A DNA stretch of 10,942 bases, taken from the NCBI GenBank assembly GCA_048939465.1, contig JBHLPL010000065.1, positions 1-10,942 on the forward strand, read 5' to 3'. A model generated the notes under the pieces. That model was not told the DNA's origin and did no database searches. It saw only the letters and a list, made by a program, of their open reading frames with translations. A program made the translations under genes and the position numbers. Position 1 is the stretch's first letter. Each line of letters starts with the position of its first letter. Shown piece by piece: positions 7,378 through 10,942 of the stretch. This DNA comes from Promethearchaeota archaeon (lineage in GTDB: Archaea > Asgardarchaeota > Odinarchaeia > Odinarchaeales > JBHLKK01).

Positions 7378-8928
7378 TCACTTCAAATGGTCGAGGTGAA
7401 TGAGGTGGTTAAATACACCTTTATGGAACTCTATCTCACACTTAGGCCGAAGATCCCTTATGTTTCTCAACTCAAGCCTTGTCAGAATGTAGTGCCACTG
7501 CTTTTTCCACGAATGATATAAGTTGATTATCCTCTGAGCACCCCATTCTGGATCAATCAGGTGCATTAGAGCTTGATCTGTTGTGGCTATACCAGAGGGA
7601 CAGCCTCTTCCTCTCTCACAGTTTTCGCACCTTTTGCATCCAAGCGCAACTAATTCAGCAGTTCCAATTACGGCCCCATCAGCTCCCAAAGAGATGATTT
7701 TTGCCACATCAAAAGCCGTCCTTATCCCGCCGCTAGCCATTACAACAATTTCATCCCTTACTCCTTCCTTAACCAAATAATTATGAACTATTGGAATTGC
7801 GTATTCAATTGGCATAGCGATATTCTTTTTTGCCACATCAGGAGCTGCACCTGTTCCGCCACATCCTCCGTCGATCTGTAATATATTGGCGTTTGCATAG
7901 TAACTTCCAATTGCAACCATATCTACATCAGTAGGAGTTGAGACCTTAACAGAGACCAGCACTTCAGGATTGATATCTTTCATTAATTGAACATGCCTAT
8001 AGTGGTCTTCAACGGAGTAAACGTTATGGAACGGAAAAGGAGAAAACAGACTTATATGCGGAACAACCTCTCTTATTTTTGCAACGTCTGCAGTAACTTT
8101 ATCTGCTAATAAATGGCCGCCTAATCCTGGTTTTGCGCCTTGAGCATATTTGAGAACTACAATCCTGGCTCTCTTTATGGTTTCAGCATTTACGCCGAAA
8201 TGACCCGTTGCAATTTGAGTAATAACATTATCCTTGTACGGGATTAATGAATCAGGATAGCCTCCTTCTCCAGTGCTTGTGAAAATGTTCCAAGCTCTGG
8301 CAGCTTTGGCCCTTGCAAGCATTACGTTCAGACTTATGGAGCCAAAAGACATATCTGCGCCATATACTGGAATTGGAAGCTTGATTTGAGGTCGCCCGTC
8401 ATGCCTTTTGTTCAGAACTATTGTAGTATCAACTCTAGTATTCTCAAATGACTCATAGTCGACTGGCACATCCTCGTGTAACTCGAAATCAAATCTTATT
8501 CTGTCAAACCCCCCGCCAGAACTGCCAATCCTATGTTCATAGATCCTTGGAATTGTACCATTTTCGGCCTGTTCCCAAGTTGACAGTATCAAATCTGAAG
8601 TCCAGCGGTAATCACCGAGCGTCAAATATTGCGAACTAGTTCTGACTGTCAGCGCATTTGCAGGGCATGACTCTATACATCGCTCACAGGAAATACCAGA
8701 ACATGATTCATTTGAATTATCCAGACGGACATATCCTTCAGGCTTCTTAAAGGCTTCATAATCGATTGACGCAGAGCCCAAATAGTCTGGGCACACCTCA
8801 ACACACATTCCACAGGCAGTACACTTGGCTCTATCTAGAATCACTTCATGCTTTCTTATTGTGCTTGGATAAGGGAATCTTGTACGCTTTATTCCGGGTA
8901 TAGAGGCAAGAATCTGTTTTTGCATCAT
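7378..8928 (-). CDS. gltB2: Glutamate synthase FMN-binding subunit (GltB2) with an N-terminal 2x[4Fe-4S] ferredoxin domain
   Basis: CTACGMCVEVCP and CSGISCERCIESCP, then MSFGSIS, STGEGG, QIATGHFGV, KYAQGAKPGLGGHL, FSPFPFHNVYSVED, VSVKV, IDGGCGGTGAAP, ASGGIR, LGADG and GCKRCENCERGRGCPSGIAT. Confidence 0.92.
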   Translation of the reverse strand: MMQKQILASIPGIKRTRFPYPSTIRKHEVILDRAKCTACGMCVEVCPDYLGSASIDYEAFKKPEGYVRLDNSNESCSGISCERCIESCPANALTVRTSSQYLTLGDYRWTSDLILSTWEQAENGTIPRIYEHRIGSSGGGFDRIRFDFELHEDVPVDYESFENTRVDTTIVLNKRHDGRPQIKLPIPVYGADMSFGSISLNVMLARAKAARAWNIFTSTGEGGYPDSLIPYKDNVITQIATGHFGVNAETIKRARIVVLKYAQGAKPGLGGHLLADKVTADVAKIREVVPHISLFSPFPFHNVYSVEDHYRHVQLMKDINPEVLVSVKVSTPTDVDMVAIGSYYANANILQIDGGCGGTGAAPDVAKKNIAMPIEYAIPIVHNYLVKEGVRDEIVVMASGGIRTAFDVAKIISLGADGAVIGTAELVALGCKRCENCERGRGCPSGIATTDQALMHLIDPEWGAQRIINLYHSWKKQWHYILTRLELRNIRDLRPKCEIEFHKGVFNHLIHLDHLK

Positions 8929-10346
8929 TCGTCACTTCCGAAAATTCTCATTTGGAGATCTTCGTAGAACATGGCTCTACCGATCTCACCTCTTTGCCTT
9001 CTCACTTCACGTAAACCCATTCCGCTGAGAACTTCTAGAAGCTGATCTCTCCAAGATCCCACCAGGTTGACGATCCTCTGAACTGCCCATTCAACGTCTT
9101 GGTCTTTAATTCCTAAAGGACAGTCTTCGGAGTCAAGAGTACCCTGGCAGATCTTGCACCCCAAGGCAATCTGGTAAGCCAAATCAATGGTTACAGCGTC
9201 TGCTCCAAGAATTATAGACTTAGGAATATGAGCTGCTTCAGCCACTCCACCGCCAAATATCAAAGTGACCTCATTCCGAATATTCTTTTTGACGAGATAC
9301 GAATGAACCTGACAAATTGCATTCTTAATTAATTCTGGATCCTCTTCTACCGCTTTGTTATCAATGTGAAGAGAGATCATATCTGCACCCTTCTCTGCCA
9401 GCATATATGCTGTCTCATGAGAGTTTTCATCATATGAAACACGAAACGAGACTAGTGCTGATGGATTTATTCTCTTAATTCTTTCCAGAGAATCTTGAAT
9501 TTGATGATCCTTCTCATTAAGGTCAACCTCAACGATTCTTGAAAGCTTGATTAGGTAACCAAACTCATCAATTTCACTGGGCTTGAACGTAGGAATTATG
9601 CTTGACTTGTACGGAAGTAAGCTTTCTGAGTAAACCTCCGAATCTACATTTGAAAAAGTTCCGAGTCTTGAAGCTGCCTTTGCAACAGCAAGCTGAAGAT
9701 TATCTTTTGTTTTTGAGCAGGCAGGTGCACCCAAAATTATCGGTATTGGAATCCCGATGGTCTTTGGGGGAGTAGAAAGAAGCCTTCCATCTTCTCCAAA
9801 GCGAAGATAGGGTAACTTCCTTCCTAAATCAACCGATGTGGAAATGTATTCTCTCCCATGGATTCCGTCTCTTGTAGGTCTTACGATTTCTGAAAAATCA
9901 AACCAAAGGCTGTCTAATCCTCTTCCAGCGAAAGGACCTTTATAGCCTGTCCCAGAAACAGGCACCTTACCAGTTTCTGCCTCAAAATGGATTGTTCTTA
10001 TTCGATTCGGTGTATAGTAGGAGTTACCTAATTTCTTAAATTCCGGATTGGCTTCAACCGAAATTGCGTTTTTGGGACAGTTTAGAACACAAGAAAAACA
10101 ACCCCTGCATAATTCGTGAATGGGGTCCGCTATTTTCCCGTCTTCGTCGACTAGGTGAACACCATATATGCACGCTTGAGCGCATTCTTGAACATTTACA
10201 CAGTTATTATAGCGTTTAACAATGAATCTGGGGGGTATCTTAATTAGGGGAGGGGCTTCTTTTACCTCAATTCGATATCTTACAAACTTTGTCTTAGGCG
10301 TTCTAAAGGGCTTAGATACCGCTTCTTTCTTTGACACATTTGTCAT
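8925..10346 (-). CDS. Degenerate GltB2-like paralogue (ferredoxin plus FMN-barrel-like domain), probably non-catalytic
   Basis: The true start is ATG 10346 (473 aa); the extra 86 codons in the track are antisense to the Lrp gene and promoter. It aligns by eye with the adjacent GltB2: VHSYLVKKNIRNEV vs VHNYLVKEGVRDEI, ILGADAV vs SLGADGA, EWAVQRIVNL vs EWGAQRIINL. It lacks MSFGS, TGEGG, QGAKPG and DGGCGGTG. Confidence 0.85.
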   Translation of the reverse strand: MTNVSKKEAVSKPFRTPKTKFVRYRIEVKEAPPLIKIPPRFIVKRYNNCVNVQECAQACIYGVHLVDEDGKIADPIHELCRGCFSCVLNCPKNAISVEANPEFKKLGNSYYTPNRIRTIHFEAETGKVPVSGTGYKGPFAGRGLDSLWFDFSEIVRPTRDGIHGREYISTSVDLGRKLPYLRFGEDGRLLSTPPKTIGIPIPIILGAPACSKTKDNLQLAVAKAASRLGTFSNVDSEVYSESLLPYKSSIIPTFKPSEIDEFGYLIKLSRIVEVDLNEKDHQIQDSLERIKRINPSALVSFRVSYDENSHETAYMLAEKGADMISLHIDNKAVEEDPELIKNAICQVHSYLVKKNIRNEVTLIFGGGVAEAAHIPKSIILGADAVTIDLAYQIALGCKICQGTLDSEDCPLGIKDQDVEWAVQRIVNLVGSWRDQLLEVLSGMGLREVRRQRGEIGRAMFYEDLQMRIFGSDE

Positions 10347-10408
10347 GAGAAGGATTTTTATACTAGAACTATTTAAGGATTCTTGCAAGAATACTGAATG
10401 AACATTCA
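10347..10408. promoter_or_regulatory. Divergent control region with interleaved TATA boxes and two 14-bp palindromes
   Basis: Plus strand: purine-rich GAGAAGGA (10347-10354), then TTTTTATA (10355-10362). Minus strand: TTAAATA (10376..10370), 23 nt before ATG 10346, with no SD. Palindromes: ATTCTTGCAAGAAT (10379-10392) and TGAATG-AA-CATTCA (10395-10408). Confidence 0.6.
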
Positions 10409-10434
10409 AAAGAAGGGCGAGGAATGTGAAAAAA

Positions 10435-10899
10435 ATGAAAATCAGAGATCTCTCTGCCTTGACGGAAGAAACAGATGTTAAAATCCTAAAAGTCCTACTC
10501 TCGGAAGCCAAGCTATCAAATAGACAGATTGCAAAAAGGGTCGGTGTTTCTGTTAACACAGTAATATCAAGAATAAGGAAAATGGAGGAAAAAAGGATAA
10601 TCAAAGGGTATACTGCCGTTTTGGATCATGAAATGTTGGGATATGATCTGACTGTAATTACAGAAATAACAGTCTCAGAGGGCAGACTATTGGAGATGGA
10701 AAAAGAAATCGCGAAAATACCAAATGTTTGTGCTGTCTACGATGTTACTGGCCTTATTGATGCTATAGTCGTTGCGAAGTTTAGGAATAGAGAAGAACTA
10801 AGCAAATTCACCAAAGGCTTACTTGCGCTACCTTTCATTGAGAGGACAAATACACATCTGGTATTAACAACAGTAAAAGAGGAGTATAAAATGGTCTAG
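10435..10899 (+). CDS. Lrp/AsnC-family transcriptional regulator
   Basis: HTH region DVKILKVL..EAKLSNRQIAKRVGVSVNTVISRIRKMEEKRIIKGY, linker LGYDL, and RAM domain VYDVTGLIDAIV...ERTNTHLVL. ATG 10435 lies 5 nt after the SD-like GGAATGTGA. GTG 10426 is an alternative start. Confidence 0.95.
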   Translation: MKIRDLSALTEETDVKILKVLLSEAKLSNRQIAKRVGVSVNTVISRIRKMEEKRIIKGYTAVLDHEMLGYDLTVITEITVSEGRLLEMEKEIAKIPNVCAVYDVTGLIDAIVVAKFRNREELSKFTKGLLALPFIERTNTHLVLTTVKEEYKMV

Positions 10900-10924
10900 G
10901 ATTTTGTCTCAAGGGGGAGTTGAT

Positions 10925-10942
10925 TTGAAGATAGCAATGGCT
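10925..10942 (+). CDS. Possible start of the next gene (MKIAMA...), truncated by the window edge
   Basis: SD-like GGGGGAG (10913-10919) lies 5 nt before TTG AAG ATA GCA ATG GCT. It is too short to assign a function. Confidence 0.4.

Noticed and set aside
7375-7380. TGA stop as possible selenocysteine readthrough fusing gltB2 to gltB1
   Set aside because: TGA is immediately followed by TAA, and the next gene starts in a different frame.
3292-8639. Short ORFs at 3292, 5367, 5542, 5963, 6204, 7583 and 8448
   Set aside because: They are nested within or antisense to etfA, gltB1-gltB3 and gltB2, with shadow-ORF composition.
10424-10429. ATG-TGA start-stop element before the Lrp gene
   Set aside because: It is fully explained as part of the SD-like GGAATGTGA serving ATG 10435. 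There is no independent evidence for a regulatory role.
10347-10604. 86-codon hydrophobic N-terminal extension of the GltB2-like ORF that looks like a membrane anchor
   Set aside because: It is the antisense reading of the Lys/Glu-rich Lrp N-terminus and the promoter region. A TATA box is correctly spaced for a start at ATG 10346.
1-10942. CRISPR arrays, tRNA/rRNA, IS elements, integrases
   Set aside because: No repeat-spacer periodicity, cloverleaf, terminal inverted repeats or transposase/integrase ORFs were seen. Nearly all the sequence is explained by metabolic CDSs.

Overview
Archaeal-style genomic DNA: GGTGA/GGAGGTGA Shine-Dalgarno motifs, TATA-type promoters and a split glutamate synthase. 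Bathyarchaeia-like origin is a guess. The centre is a minus-strand five-gene operon bounded at both ends, with genes overlapping or 4 nt apart: a degenerate ferredoxin-GltB2-like paralogue, an intact ferredoxin-GltB2 FMN subunit, a GltB1(GATase)-GltB3(GXGXG) fusion, etfB and etfA. It has no gltD, acyl-CoA dehydrogenase or fixCX, so ETF is the apparent electron partner. This suggests an ETF-coupled, possibly electron-bifurcating, glutamate synthase-like complex. A divergent Lrp/AsnC regulator sits upstream across about 80 bp holding two interleaved TATA boxes and two 14-bp palindromes. At the left, a tungsten FOR-type aldehyde:ferredoxin oxidoreductase is followed by a MoaD/ThiS/SAMP ubiquitin-like ORF, missed by the ORF track. 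This ORF has no stop after its GGG motif and reads in frame into a second, possibly MBL-fold, protein. One hypothetical gene lies between the two blocks. No RNA genes, CRISPR arrays or mobile elements were seen. All assignments are by manual motif recognition; no searches were run.
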